This document shows, in pieces, positions 1 to 12,726 of a DNA stretch of 64,000 nt. The position numbers were made by a program, and so were the translations under genes. The notes below the pieces were generated by a model. The model saw nothing but the letters and a program-made list of their open reading frames with translations. It was not told the origin of the DNA and did not search any database. Position 1 is the first letter of the stretch; each line of letters opens with the position of its first letter. The DNA comes from Nemertoderma westbladi. Its lineage: Eukaryota > Animalia > Xenacoelomorpha. The DNA is taken from NCBI GenBank assembly GCA_032718475.1, contig JAUCBJ010002551.1, positions 1 through 64,000 of the forward strand. The letters are read 5' to 3'.

Positions 1-2181
1 TTTGTAACATGTACGTACATATATTTTTCCATGATATACGGTAATTAATACGGTGATAATTTACTTAACTACTCTTAAGCCGAACTAGTTTTATTGTTAT
101 ATTTTGAAAATTGTAATTTTTTATGTATTAATTACCGTATATCATTGAAAAATATATGTACATGTTACAAAAACTATCAGTATTGTTGTGCAATAACCGA
201 CCAAAATTTATATACCAGTACTGTTGATCAGTTCATAAATGAAGGTCACACTAGAGAATTGTGTAGTTCATTAAGGCCTTACAGCTCGGATAAATTTATA
301 TGTACTGTACTATTCGAATTTAATATTTTTTTATTGTGATACCCCACTCAACTTAGCATAGTAGAGTAGGCCTCGTCATACAAGCATTCGGCTCTGGGCC
401 AACGACCAGCTGTGATTTTTATACTAGGGGCCTAATTAATTTCTTACACTAATCCGAACTAATAATATATTTGTCTGGCTGTTGTTGTTTTATATTACAA
501 AGTATTTTTGTCATTATTACATCGTTTGAAAAATGTATCCGTTTACCAAAACTTGCCGTATTGCGGCATTTTTAATTAATTTTAATTATTATTTGGTCTG
601 CTATTACTTAACATCAAAAACGAATTATATTTTGTTTGTCTGGCTGTTTTGATTTATATTTCGAATTTATGTATTTTTATACTGTTATATTATAATAGTA
701 GTTGGATAAAATCGATTTATATCGAGCGAGCGAGAATTCCAGCAGCACGCGATCAGATACTTACTCGAAATAATTCAATAGTAGGTCAGATAATGGGTCT
801 GACTGTTAGTTTTTGCTTTAAATTTTGAAATATAGTCTTCTGCCCGGATATCGTTTGAAAAAATGTATTTTTATAAAAAAACTAATTGTCAGACCACCTT
901 GAGGACCATTTAAAATTTTAATTTATTATAATTTTAAATTGAGTCATACACGCTCTAGAACATCTAGTTTACTCTTCAAATTTTGTCATGGCGCTCATTT
1001 TGTGTCAAAGATGTCAGGTAAAAAAGCTCATGAACATAGCTATAATCAGAGCTCTCCACCAGAGCCTCCAATATTGCATTTTTTGACATTTTTCAGATTC
1101 TTCACCCAGATATTCAGTCATACAGACTATCTGATTATCAGTTTACCTACTAAAATTATATGATTCGAATCATTATGAGTCACTCTAACCGGGAAAACTA
1201 AAATAACAGATAAACTAGTTGCCAGGCTAATGTACTGAGGTCTCAAATTGGGACATTTTTCAAAAATTCGCATTTTTGAGGCAACTTTGAAATCGTCTGA
1301 CAACTTTCTGATTAATAGTTTATTCATTTAGTAATAAAAATATTGAAGTTCAGGCATCGTTTCTTTAGAATCACATACAATTAACATGAAACTGATAATC
1401 AGATCAACTGTAGACACCACTTCAAATAATGTACTTCACTGGTTTTTGGAATTTCGCCAAATTTAAATCATCAATATTTCGAGAACGGCTAAACCAAATC
1501 GGCTGAAATTTTCACCACATCGTTTTTTCACTAGAATTGATAAGTGGTTAAAATTTCGACAACAATTTCCAACCCTTGCCACACCGATTGGTCGAATTAG
1601 CATGGAATGACCCTTCAGATGTCAGTTTGTCAGAACGTGCCCAATACTGTCTGACTGTAGGTCTGCTGCAGTAGGCCTACAGCAGTATAAACTGATAAAT
1701 TATTCAGTTATTACATATTCTGATTACACCTCTGACTAACGCAGTAACTTCAGTTCAGATGTCAGAACGTGCCCAAATTTTATTGAGAATGTCCATTTCA
1801 ATTTCAATATTCCAATGATAAACAATCTGACAATACCAGAACAGCCTGACAGTAGAATACAGGAATACAGCAATAAGCTCCCGGGATTTCCACTTGAAAA
1901 CGGTACAATCCAGGTAGCATCTGCTGATCTGGCTGTCAGGCTGTAGGCTAGGCTGTACAAAAGAAATAATCTGTCTGGCTATAGGCTTATCAGCCTATGG
2001 CAGTATAATACTGTACTCCAGTGTACTCTATTTCTGTATTTCCTGTTAGCTTAGGGCCCAGCCAGGAGCCAGCCAGGTGCTAGGGAATTCGATAGGCCAA
2101 TCTTATTTCAGTATTTAGTTTATGTTTATTTTTGCTTACGGTGCATTGAATTCTGGAATTTTTTTCTGTATATTTCTAACT

Positions 2182-3090
2182 ATGGCAGACGAAGAAGAAA
2201 CGCTTGATTCCATGCTAGAAACCGCTCCGGTACATGTCGAAACTGCAGGTAAAAGTGTGAACAATAACATCGACGTTGTTGATGTAGTGAACGCTGACAA
2301 AGCCAAGAATGGTATTAAACCCGTGGACGACTTGGACGAGTTAGATTTCACAAAGTTGACGAAGAAAAAGAAAAAGAAGCCGTTTAATCTTAGCGATTTG
2401 AACGCGGTTCCCCCGGTCGCTGACGAGGCCAATAAAGAAGAGGAGACCCCCGCGGTGGCGCCGGAGGACAGTCTGGATCTGGAGTTAGGGAAGAAAAAAA
2501 AGAAAAAGAAGAAGCCGGTGTTCCTTGAGGAACTCGAGGATATACCCAGCGGCGAGGACAGGAAGTCGGAGTACCTGGAGGGCCACGCGATACACACGGG
2601 CTCGGATCGGGACTACACGTACGACGAACTCCTCGATAGAGTCTTCGAGATTATGAGAGAGAAAAACCCGCGGGCCGGGGAGCGGAAACCCTTCGTGATG
2701 CGACCCCCTGAGGTGGTCCGCGTCGGGACGAAAAAATCCTCCTTTGTAAACTTTATGGACATCTGTAAGTACCTGAAACGGCAACCGAAGCACGTGCTGA
2801 ACTTCCTTCTGTCGGAGTTAGGGACTTCTGGTTCTATAGACGGTAACAACCAGTTGATCATAAAGGGTAGATTCCAGCAGAAACAGATCGAATCGGTTCT
2901 CCGTCGGTATATAAAGGAATACGTTATCTGCCACACGTGTAAGAGTCGCGATACCGTCCTACACAAATCCGATCGCATATACTTCCTGCAGTGCATCAGC
3001 TGTCAGAGTCGGTGTTCCGTAGCGAATATAAAGTCTGGGTTCCAGGCCATCACCACGAAACGCGCGCGTGTACGCGCCAAGGAGCAGTAG
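2182..3090 (+). CDS. EIF2S2: Eukaryotic translation initiation factor 2 subunit beta, intronless CDS
   Basis: Two poly-Lys boxes ([14 protein letters not shown]), the conserved core [12 protein letters not shown]...[19 protein letters not shown]...[38 protein letters not shown], and a C2-C2 zinc finger (CHTC...CISC). ATG 2182 (MADEEE) is preferred over 2122. AATAAA at 3233. Confidence 0.97.
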   Translation: MADEEETLDSMLETAPVHVETAGKSVNNNIDVVDVVNADKAKNGIKPVDDLDELDFTKLTKKKKKKPFNLSDLNAVPPVADEANKEEETPAVAPEDSLDLELGKKKKKKKKPVFLEELEDIPSGEDRKSEYLEGHAIHTGSDRDYTYDELLDRVFEIMREKNPRAGERKPFVMRPPEVVRVGTKKSSFVNFMDICKYLKRQPKHVLNFLLSELGTSGSIDGNNQLIIKGRFQQKQIESVLRRYIKEYVICHTCKSRDTVLHKSDRIYFLQCISCQSRCSVANIKSGFQAITTKRARVRAKEQ

Positions 3091-3924
3091 TCAGGTCCCT
3101 CCGAACCCATAGCTAACTAACTATCTCTGTGTGTCTGTCTGACTAGCTGTTTAACTATTAAGTTAAAATTACCGAATCTGTAATTCTCCCTCTCAATTGG
3201 AAATATATACAACATCGATGGTTGAAGTTTTAAATAAATGTTATTATTAGTAATTTGTTGCTTTTAAATATCTTCATTTTCTGTGACTTATGGCGTTCAT
3301 ATAAAATATTAGGATTGATTCAACATTCAACATTACCAGTACGTTCAAATATAAACCAATATGTAGAATCCTAACCTTTCGAGTTGGTGAGCACCAACTT
3401 AAGTTTGGATACTACATACATATATTGGTTTATATTATTGATCGAAATCTTTCTTGAATATGTTGAATACGAATAAAACATATACAATAAAGATTTATAC
3501 TAAAACAACTGATTCCTTTCATTTCTTTTCTCAAACATAAGTAGATTTAGTGTAGAGATACACTGACACTTTAAATATTTTGGAGTTTTATTTATTCCAA
3601 ATTGTTACATCAGAAAAGCTTGCTGATTGAAAAGCTCATAAAAGTATGAAACATGTTTTATTTTTAAAAAATGTGTAAAATATGTTGTGGATTTCTGACA
3701 TTGTATGAAATTGGTACCGGTAGCCTATTACAATACTATGCTCTGTAGGAGAGCGCAATGTTGTATTAGAATGTTAACGGACTAGAGACCTGATATTTTA
3801 AATAGATTCTGTAGTTGCCTCTACCGTAACCAGTAATAATATTACTGGTTGTTGTTAATGTTTCAAATCAGGTTATTTTAAATATATCCTTGAAGAAAAG
3901 AAAGTGATCGGTGAACTTGTGAAA

Positions 3925-4200
3925 CTAAGTACCGTAAGCAACCGGAAGGCTCCTCTCTCTTGGCTCTTGCCTATAAGGCAGGGAGGGCGCCACACTAACT
4001 CCCAAGGGTGAACTCTCTAAACCATCCAACCCTTTATTTAGTCCCCGGCAGAAGCCATAGGTTTACATTGTACCGGTGGGGTTGTATAAGCACCAATGGC
4101 AAAAGTGTCTTGCTTAGGGACACAACAAAGCGAAATTGATACAGCTTTTAGTCGGATTTGAACCTGCGCCCCCAAACACTATATCAGTTCACGATAGCAG
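3925..4200 (-). mobile_element. tRNA-derived SINE (degenerate)
   Basis: The minus strand reads B-box GGTTCAAATCC followed by GTTGTGTCCCTAAGCAAGACACTT, the motif typical just downstream of the tRNA head in CORE-type SINEs. Boundaries are approximate. Confidence 0.55.
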
Positions 4201-4827
4201 TTTAGGAACTGTATCAATTCTGACACGGCGACATAGATTTTCTTGGTCCCCTTAACGGCCCGTGAAAATCAGTGTGAATCTTTTTAAATTGACTAAAACT
4301 TTTAAATGGACTGTGAAGCTTCAATTTTTTAAATTGTTTGTTAAACCGATTGTAACACGCATTATCTCATATCTTATATCTCATATTCTCATATTGGCCA
4401 AAACCATGGAACATACCGGTACTGTACTGAATTATATCTCGACCAGACTTAAAAGAAACTTGTCCAGAGAGTGAGAAGAGACGGTAATGATAATGAATTT
4501 AGTTTTAGTTGAATCTGGTTGACCAGGCGATTTCTAGTGTGTACTTATAGGCAATATTTTACACCCAATGGGTGAGTGGTAGGTGTTGTATGGAGGGGAA
4601 GGAAGATTGATTAGAGGATGGGTGGGTGTTTCTGTGGAGTTTTGGGGTTAGAAGGTGGGTGCGTGTGATAGAAGAATAGGGTGAGTTTAGTGTGTGCGGG
4701 TTTGCCTTAAGGAGGGATGGTGGGTCAGATAGGGTGGGAAACTGGACGCATTAAACATTCATTCCTCTCCAGGGGAAATTGGACGCAAATAACAGATGAT
4801 AACTCTCAAAAATAAAACTGTAACCTG

Positions 4828-4977
4828 TTCTATTGTGTTTAGTTTATTGTTTTGGTTAAAATAACGTGCCACTGTAACCTGCTCCTTTCCCTAAATTAAT
4901 AATTTAATATTGAGGCGGGATATTAATTCGTCAAAGACGGGATTTGCGTCCAGTCCCCCCCCCCCCCCCCTGTCTCT
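4828..4977. repeat. ~150-bp dispersed repeat with an inverted copy at 36763-36908
   Basis: TTCTATTGTGTTTAGTTTATTGTTTT...CACTGTAACCTGCTCCTTTCCCTAAATT...GAGGCGGGATATTAATTCG...poly-C matches the reverse complement of 36763-36908. Confidence 0.8.
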
Positions 4978-5428
4978 GGTGAATTGGTGGGAAGCGGTGG
5001 GGCAGGCCCGTATCGTGCGGGGGGGCTTTGAGGGCACTGCCCCCCCAGAGAAGTCCCACTGCCCCCCCCAGACATGTATTGTTCACTCGTCTTGTTCAGA
5101 ATTAATTAATAATAATATTGTTGGTAATCAATATTATTGGATTCACATATTACTGACCTGACCTGACTCCCCACCATTCCATTTGGTCCAATTCTATAAT
5201 ACTACATGACATTAATATACCTACCTACCTGTAATTACTAAAAATACTCGAAAGCTCTAGGTTCTCTCATTGGCTACCAGGGTGGAAGGGTTATTTGTTG
5301 TTGACCCATTGTCTAATTGTTTGTAGTTTGGGAGCCAGCTTGCAGCTAAAAGGCTTGGCGCTGAGGGTGGCTTGCGCTGGTATCCATAGCTATAATTTGT
5401 TGTAACTTAACCTTAACCATATTATACC

Positions 5429-6659
5429 TGAAGTGAGTCCTTCGCGCAGCACGTGATATAAACTTATGTAAGTGTAATCTTGAAAGAAAAATAAGCAAAA
5501 TCTAAGCAGATACCCTTGATCACTTTACACCATCCTAGAGGCAGGCATGAAAACTGCAGTCGATTTAACCCTTGTGCTCTCTTTGAGGTCATTTTTGACC
5601 CATCGAAGATTTAAACTTACACAATTTTATCACACATTGATATTTTATCTCGAAATTTTGCGACATTTATTATTTTCTAGTACTTCTCATTAGAAAAACA
5701 AAAATGTAAAAATTTGAAGAGGGTCTATTCAATTTTACAATTTATAGGGGCCTACACATATTGACATTCAGGTCAAATTTCACCTCATCGTGTTTTGTAC
5801 CTACCTGTACAATTCAATATCTACTCAAATAGTTGTAGACACCTTCAAAACAAGCATAGAGCGAATAGGTTTTGAGATATTTGTCAGGTATTTGTAATAT
5901 CGCATCAAGGCACTAATGTTGACTTGTGCCGGACTTCACATTATCTGCAATATCTCAAAAACTATTCGCTCTATGCTTGTTTTGAAGGTGTCTACACCAA
6001 CTAAATCGGTCATTGCGGTTCTATTGAGCATAAATATCAATGCAGTAGGAATAATAGAAGTTGATCATCACCAAAATGGAAAATATGACTCACTTGCGCC
6101 AAGGGCGGGAACTGGCCATGTGCCTGTGGGAATATTTCCTGTCATCCCCAAATCAAAATTTTGGTATCTATCAAAGTTTGGGCTCATTTGATGACATCTT
6201 ATGTGCAAACTGAGTTTAAATTCGATAAAACGTTTTTTTGGACCGCCCCAACCCTCTCATTTACATGAGGTGAAAATTGACCTCAAACCTGTTTGAGAAA
6301 CGAAGGGGTACACAAGGGTTAAGACCACAGAAAAAGTTTAAATGATACAGCTAATGGTCGAGTATAATTCTGTCAATTTTCAGCTTAAACGGATTAAAAG
6401 CAAATAAATGGGAGGACATTTAATGTTTAGAGATGTAGCCATATAACGGGAGACTGTTGAACTGTTGGGGTCAAAAGACGCTAAATAATGTCAAGTTTTG
6501 GACATATTTATGCCTACAAATTTTCAATTCGAAAGCTTTAAATCTGACCAAGTTATTTAATGTCAAAATAGTTACGTCAACAACTATTTGCCATTATTGA
6601 CATTCTTCTCAACAGTGTCAATTCGCCAAGGTTCCGCCAACTTCGTGGCTCGCCCCACA
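5429..6659 (+). mobile_element. Non-autonomous CA-target element (same family as 42308-42806) with a nested piggyBac-like MITE
   Basis: The left end GTGAGTCCTTCGCGCAGCACG and right end CAACTTCGTGGCTCGCCCCACA match the 42.3 kb copy. Internal 6350-6620 is also shared (CAGCTTAAACGGATTAAAAGCAAA...). Confidence 0.7.
5569..6318. mobile_element. piggyBac-like MITE (750 bp)
   Basis: TTAA on both sides (5565-5568, 6319-6322), termini CCCTTGTG...CACAAGGG, subterminal IR (TTTGAGGTCA/TGACCTCAAA), and an internal ~50-bp IR (about 5833-5885 vs 5947-5996). Confidence 0.8.
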
Positions 6660-7066
6660 CACCTTTCAACAAAATATTGATTATACTTTATGTACTAAAT
6701 TAACTCTCACTTTGTTGTATGCTCCCCAAATCCCAGTTATGGGTTTGCCCCCCCCAGATTTGGCCTCTGCCCCCCCCCCCCCCCCCCAGATATTATGATC
6801 ACCATACGGGCCTGGGTGGGGATTAGAAGACGTGGATGTGTGGTAAATTAAGGTGCGAACCATTGTTGTTCACAAGTGTACGCACAATAGCGTATTTACG
6901 CTATAGTATATACGCTATTGTACGCACCCATATACACTGCTTAACCTTTATTTGATGGTTCACTCTTCCCACACAGATGACAGCTCACAGTAGATATATT
7001 TGTACAACTAAATAACATAAAGGCCTAATCTCGATATTACTGTATTATACAATTATGCATACATTA

Positions 7067-8014
7067 CACCATGTCCAAGAATATAGTGTCGTAATTCAGT
7101 GACACGCCCCCCCCCCCCCCCCTAATTTTTCTACAAATCTTAATGAGATTGCATGAAATTTGAAACAGAGATAGTTTCACCTCCCGACCACTGACTGGGT
7201 GAGCCAGAATTTTTATTTTTGCTTTCAATCTTTAGCTACAAGCGTTTAAAAAAAGTGTCTCCAGCGATATTACACCAGTTACACCGCAGTTATTCTTCTA
7301 CCTTATAGCTGTTTGTTGGTACCAATGGAAAGCTGGCCTTGCAAGGATTCTAAATATGTAACACAATTTGAATTTCGTTGAAAAATAGCTGAGATATGAG
7401 CGTTCAAATGTTGCATGGTTTTGCACCGGCGCGAGGCTATTTTATTCTATTTAATAAATAAACCATATTCTGGAACATTTTTTAAATGTATGATGTATGA
7501 ATAGCTACGTAATAGTAGTAAGATTAAAGATGTAATGCATTGTTGCCCAGCTACGTATTTGGATAAACAAAATATTCCAGATTATGATGCATTTATTAAA
7601 TAGAATAAAATAGCCTCGCGCCGGTGCAAAACCATGCAACATTTGAACGCTCATATCTCAGCTATTTTTCAACGAAATTCAAATTGTGTTACATATTTAG
7701 AATCCTTGCATGACCAGCTTTCCATTGGTACCATCAAACAGCTATAAGGTAGAAGAATAACTGCGGTGTAACTGGTGTAATATCGCTGGAGACACTTTTT
7801 TTAAACGCTTGTAGCTAAAGATTGAAAGCAAAAATAAAAATTCTGGCTCACCCAGTCAGTCAGTGGTCGGGAGGTGAAACTATCTCTGTTTCAAATTTCA
7901 TGCAATCTCATTAAGATTTGTAGAAAAATTAGAGGGGGGGGGGGGGGGGGGGGGGTGCAAACCCCCCCCCCCCCCTCAAAACTCAATTACGACACTATAT
8001 TCTGGGACATGGTG
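7067..8014. mobile_element. Foldback/Mutator-like element with ~390-bp terminal inverted arms
   Basis: 7067-~7460 is the near-perfect reverse complement of ~7590-8014 (CACCATGTCC...GGACATGGTG). The 9-bp flanks CATACATTA and CAAACATTA (8/9 match) fit a TSD. Confidence 0.85.
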
Positions 8015-8099
8015 CAAACATTACAATAAGTAGAACGCCCCATTAAAAGGTAGTATATTTAGCTTAATTATCCTGCTACAGACGCATTATAATTCATAT

Positions 8100-8106
8100 T
8101 ATAAAT
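8100..8106 (+). promoter_or_regulatory. Candidate TATA box of the serine protease gene
   Basis: TATAAAT about 150 bp upstream of ATG 8254. The AT-rich context makes this weak evidence. Confidence 0.25.
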
Positions 8107-8253
8107 CTGCTATCAAACCGTCAATTAGCACTTAAATTTTCACCACATATGTTTCATTCACACATAATTATAATAAATTGGCTAAAAAGAAAGAAATGGG
8201 CATCAGTTGTAAAACATTTTCAACAACTATTCTCACAAACTATCTTAGAAACA

Positions 8254-8287
8254 ATGCTGTCTTTTATTGGTATAACTATATTCCTTG
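8254..8287 (+). CDS. S1 serine protease exon 1 (signal peptide)
   Basis: MLSFIGITIFL-G followed by a phase-1 G|GTAAGT donor. It joins in frame to exon 2, giving a hydrophobic signal peptide ending ...GGALG|CGVP. Confidence 0.75.
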
Positions 8288-8470
8288 GTAAGTTTTTCCA
8301 ATTCTTGGGAACCGCCAGGTTACTTTTTACTTTCTGTAAGGAATCCTAGAAAATATAACCGTGTTGACAAAGAGTTACTGAGTAATCAATTTTAAAACGG
8401 CTTTAACGACTTTCCTAATTTTTTTGACGATAGGGCCAAATATAAGGTCACTCGCAAACTTTCAGACCCC

Positions 8471-8750
8471 AGGGGGGTCTACGAATGGGACGCTCTGATT
8501 GGCCGAAACTGAAACTCGATAAATCTCGACTAGAATTAAACGAAACTCGTCCATACACGCAAGGGATATTCATAACCTTAGTCTCAACACAATGGGTAGG
8601 CGAAGTCCCGGTTGGTCTAGAGGGGTCTACGAATGGGAAGCACTGATTGGCTGAAACTGAAACTCGATAAATTTCGACTAGAATTAAACAAAACTTGTCC
8701 ATAATCGCTATAGGACATCCATCGCCTTAGTCTCAACACCCTGGGCGGGC
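8471..8750. repeat. ~149-bp direct duplication
   Basis: AGGGG(G)TCTACGAATGGGA...GAAACTGAAACTCGATAAAT...CTAGAATTAAAC...CCTTAGTCTCAACAC occurs twice. Confidence 0.75.
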
Positions 8751-8994
8751 ACGACCAACATGTTGTTCTTTATCGATAGTGTAACATATTGTTAAGTTGG
8801 GGTAGTGTATTAAAGCCAAAATCCGGTAAATAATAGTTGCAATGATAACAGTTAATTTATTATTCTTATAAATAGCGAGAAAAAATTAATTAATTAATTT
8901 AAATAAATTAATTGAATTGTAGTTGAGCTGTAGTGACCAGCTTATTACAATATTAAAATAAATTAGTTTTTGTTTGTTTTGGGATCAATATATT

Positions 8995-9240
8995 AATTTT
9001 TTCTCGCTACTTTAAGGAGAATAAATTTATTTTTTCTCGCTACTTTAGGGAGAATAATACTGTATATTAATGTTTTCTCGCTACTTTTTGAAAGGTTTTC
9101 AAGCTACTTTAGGGAGAATAATATTTTTTCTTGCTACTTCTTTTATGGAGAATAAATAAATTTTTTTGTACAAAATAATTAAATTTATAGAGAAAAAATA
9201 TTTTTTTGCGCAAAATAATTAATTTTAGGGAGAAAAAATG
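8995..9240. repeat. Degenerate AT-rich tandem repeat
   Basis: Recurrent TTTTCTCGCTACTTT / GGAGAATAA motifs. Confidence 0.55.
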
Positions 9241-9973
9241 TAGTTAGTTTTAATACTACTGTATATGTACAGTATGTCAGAGAACCTAGCTAATATCGCT
9301 TGTAACCAGAGAACCGTAAACTTTCGAATAGAATATAGGAAAAGTTACTTTTATTAATTTTGTTGTGGGGTCTAGGAACATCTTTACTCCATGGGCCAGA
9401 CAAGCAGGCATATTATTACTGTACATATTATTTTATATATTGTTTTTAATATTTTTATTTTTAAACCCATTTTTTGACTTTCATTTTGATATGGTAACTC
9501 ATCAGAATCGGTAACTGACTTGGTGTTGTATTCCAAGAACTCAATATAAATTCATCGCGTCTTTTGGCTTTTGCAAAATATAACAGCTGGCCTTACAATT
9601 TTAACAGCATACTGTATTTGTTATTTTGCCATTTCCATGACAACCGGTGGTGATAACACCAAATAAGCTACCGATTCAGATTTGTTATCATATCAAACTG
9701 ATAGGCCAAAAGATAAGTCTTCCCAAAAAAATTCAGTTCCAGGTGGTTGGTTACCTAACAGTATCCCGTAGGCCCACGCCGAGTGGCCCATGGACTATTT
9801 ATTGGTAGGATTCCTACTGTTCAACAAAACCCAGAATCTCTATCTTCCTCCGGCTGACTAGCTACATGGTCGCCCATGTGTTCGTTGTTCTTAGAACAGA
9901 GAATATGATCAGATCGATTTTAGATCCCACATATTGTACACTGATCTATAATGCTTGTGGCATTCAATTACAG

Positions 9974-10160
9974 GTGGGGCTCTTGGCTGTGGTGTACCAG
10001 CCATTAAACCTAATGTTGATTTAAGGATTGTTGGTGGATCTGAAGCCGTTCCAGGTTCTTATCCTTGGCAAGTCACTTTACAGTATTTCGGCGGCCATTG
10101 GTGTGGTGGTACCTTGGTACACCCTCAAGTTGTTGTTACTGCTGCTCATTGTATCTATCC
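9974..10160 (+). CDS. S1 serine protease exon 2 (propeptide, IVGG, catalytic His)
   Basis: TTACAG acceptor; [13 protein letters not shown]|[18 protein letters not shown]...[19 protein letters not shown]; phase-2 CC|GTGAGT donor. Confidence 0.95.
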
Positions 10161-11315
10161 GTGAGTATTATCTACAGTATAATATATAAATCTGTTCTGT
10201 TTGTATGTACTGTATGTACGCCGTCACAAAATCTATTAAAATCCTATGGTAGGGCTACCGGTAGGCCGATCTACTCTGATATGGTATGTATACTGTCTGA
10301 CGGATAGTTCTAAATTAGGAAAACACCAGTAAAACACTACGAAAACATAAGAAAAACGCTGTAAAAACAGTAAAAATATTGATCAGCAGGAAATTTAACA
10401 CATGTACCACTCTGAATTGGCAATCCTAAATGTACTCCTCGCACATTAAGTAGGCCTAATTATAGTAATATTCATGACTTTACTGTATATTACATTAAAT
10501 TAAAAAAAAGTTACATACAGTAGATGTAATTAGTGAGTCTTTTAATATTCCCTCACTTTTCCCTGATTTGTAAATTTTTTACAAGAATTCCCCAAACATT
10601 TACGTGACATTTCAAGAAAGAATGAAATTCTTTGACTATTCCAGGTATTCCAAGCGAGAGACAACTCTGCGAGAACCGCTTACAGTTCCCCAGTCTGCCG
10701 CTAGAGGGTGAAATGTCCGAAAGTGACCAACTTCTATCTTTTTGAAGTTTATTATCCCTTTAAGCTGGTTGATTCATAAATTAAATTATGATAATAGCTA
10801 GTAAAGTTTATGGTAGCTATAAATAATAAAAGCAATTTACACAATAAAAAAAGTGGTCAATGTTTTTTACAAATTTTCAATTTTTTCACTACCGGTAGCT
10901 AAAATACAGTAAAGTACTAGCTAACACAAAATCATAATTACTATCTATAGGCCCTACCATCTTAGTGTCAGAAGGTCAAATATAAACCTGATGATAAAAG
11001 CCATGGAAAAACTCGGTCAAAAAGTAGCAACCCCACACATAAAAATTTGAGACACATAGGGCCTATGGTACTACTGTAGTACCCCACAACGAGTTTCCAG
11101 AGAATCATTAAAAATTATAAATACTGTCGATATACCAAACTCATAAGATTTTAATACAAAAAGATGTTCCAGAATGAAAATATTTGTTCTAGAACATTAT
11201 ATTTTTTATAAACAAATAGCTAACATGTCCTAGAACATAAAAAAAAAGGAATTATCAAAAAATAATCAGTATAAAAAAATTGATGGAGGGTGTACGCATG
11301 CTGAACAAGTACACT

Positions 11316-12117
11316 AATTACATGACGTTCTATACTAAAGGCCTAGCAAACATGTGGGGCGAGCCACGAAGTGAGCGAAGCCTTAGCATATAGGTGCCCT
11401 TGGCAAGTTGTCTGTCGTCGTCGTCTGCCGTCGTAAATTGATGATCGATGATCGCTAATAACTCGGTTATTCCTTGATGAAATTAAACGAAACTCGGTAT
11501 GTAAGTAGTCCGTCAAAAGCTTAGAAAGAATCTATCTTGAAGTTTCGTCAAAAACGAACGAACGCAACGAGGCACAAGAGGAGGACGAGGATTCTGTTGA
11601 AGACTTCTGACTAACGGCAGACAACCCGTTAATGGTACCCATATGCTAAAGGCTCACTTCGTGCTGCGCGAAGACCCCACGAACGTATCAGTATTGCAAA
11701 TAACTGAAGGCCGAATTTCAGAATGACAATATTTACAATTCTTCTATACAAATAGTAATACTGTAAGCACCTGGGCACCTGAAGCTGAACTCGACCTACA
11801 GTAGTAGTAGTAGTAGTAGTAAGCACTAGCTACTACAAAATATTTATAGAAGGAAGTAGGATGTTGGAACCAGTGTCGAAATTACTGGCTAAACCTAATT
11901 AAAACACTAGCTACCATAAAATTTTTTATTTTGCTTAACGAGGAGGCTTCAATTACTATATGTCCATTGACCAAATTGCAGAAAATGAAAATTTATAGAA
12001 CTCTCCCAATATCAATATATCCAATATTGTCATTCTGAAATTCGGCCTTCAATTATTTGCAGTACTGACATGTTTGATAGGCCTTTAGTATAGAACGCAA
12101 ACGCCATGGCTAATTAC
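11316..12117. mobile_element. Palindromic MITE whose left arm is interrupted by a CA-target element
   Basis: Left arm TTCTATACTAAAGGCCTAGCAAACATG[insert]TCAGTATTGCAAATAACTGAAGGCCGAATTTCAGAATGACAATATT is the reverse complement of about 12024-12098. Confidence 0.7.
11353..11686 (-). mobile_element. Non-autonomous CA-target element, inverted copy
   Basis: Termini TGTGGGGCGAGCCACGAAGT...ACTTCGTGCTGCGCGAAGACCCCACGAACG, with an internal (GTC)n tract. Confidence 0.8.
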
Positions 12118-12125
12118 AGTATGAA

Positions 12126-12726
12126 CACGTTTGTGGGGCCTTCGCGCAGCACGAGAGCCTATATTAGAAAGTACATTATACTAATCTCTATTAAATATAC
12201 GAAAACTGTCTTTCCCCAAATATATATGAGTGAAGGCGATGCTATCAGTTTGTGATTAACTCGTTGTAAAAACAGATATCCACTTCAGTTTGCCCTTACA
12301 CACTTTAACTGTCATCTGTAAACCTTCTAACTAGGGCTATTTAAGTTAAGTATGACATTTTGAGTTTTACAATACTCTTCTCCTTCATTAGCCTCGTTGC
12401 GCTCGTCCTGTTTTGTCTTAAAATAATTTCCCTAAACGGACACTAATGACCTTTATAACTATGCAAAGTCTCGAAACTGTGAGAGTAACTGCTGATTTAT
12501 GGCAGATGGATACTCGTATCCACTGTAAACACGTTGCGTTCGTTCGTTTTTGACCAAACTTGAGATTCTTTCTAAACTTTTGCCGGACTACATACGTACC
12601 AAGTTTCGTTTAATTTCATTAAGGAATAACCGAGTTATTAGCGATCAAAAATTTACGACGACGACAGACAACTCGTTAATGGTACTCATGTGTCAAGGCT
12701 TCGCTCACTTCGTGGCTCGCCCCACA
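12126..12726 (+). mobile_element. Non-autonomous CA-target element
   Basis: CA-CGTTTGTGGGGCCTTCGCGCAGCACG...ACTTCGTGGCTCGCCCCA-CA, a (GAC)n tract, and 12530-12670 inverted relative to 11440-11570. Confidence 0.75.

Noticed and set aside
2122-2181. N-terminal extension of eIF2-beta from ATG 2122
   Set aside because: Hydrophobic, T-rich, UTR-like sequence. MADEEE at 2182 fits the acidic N-terminus of the family.
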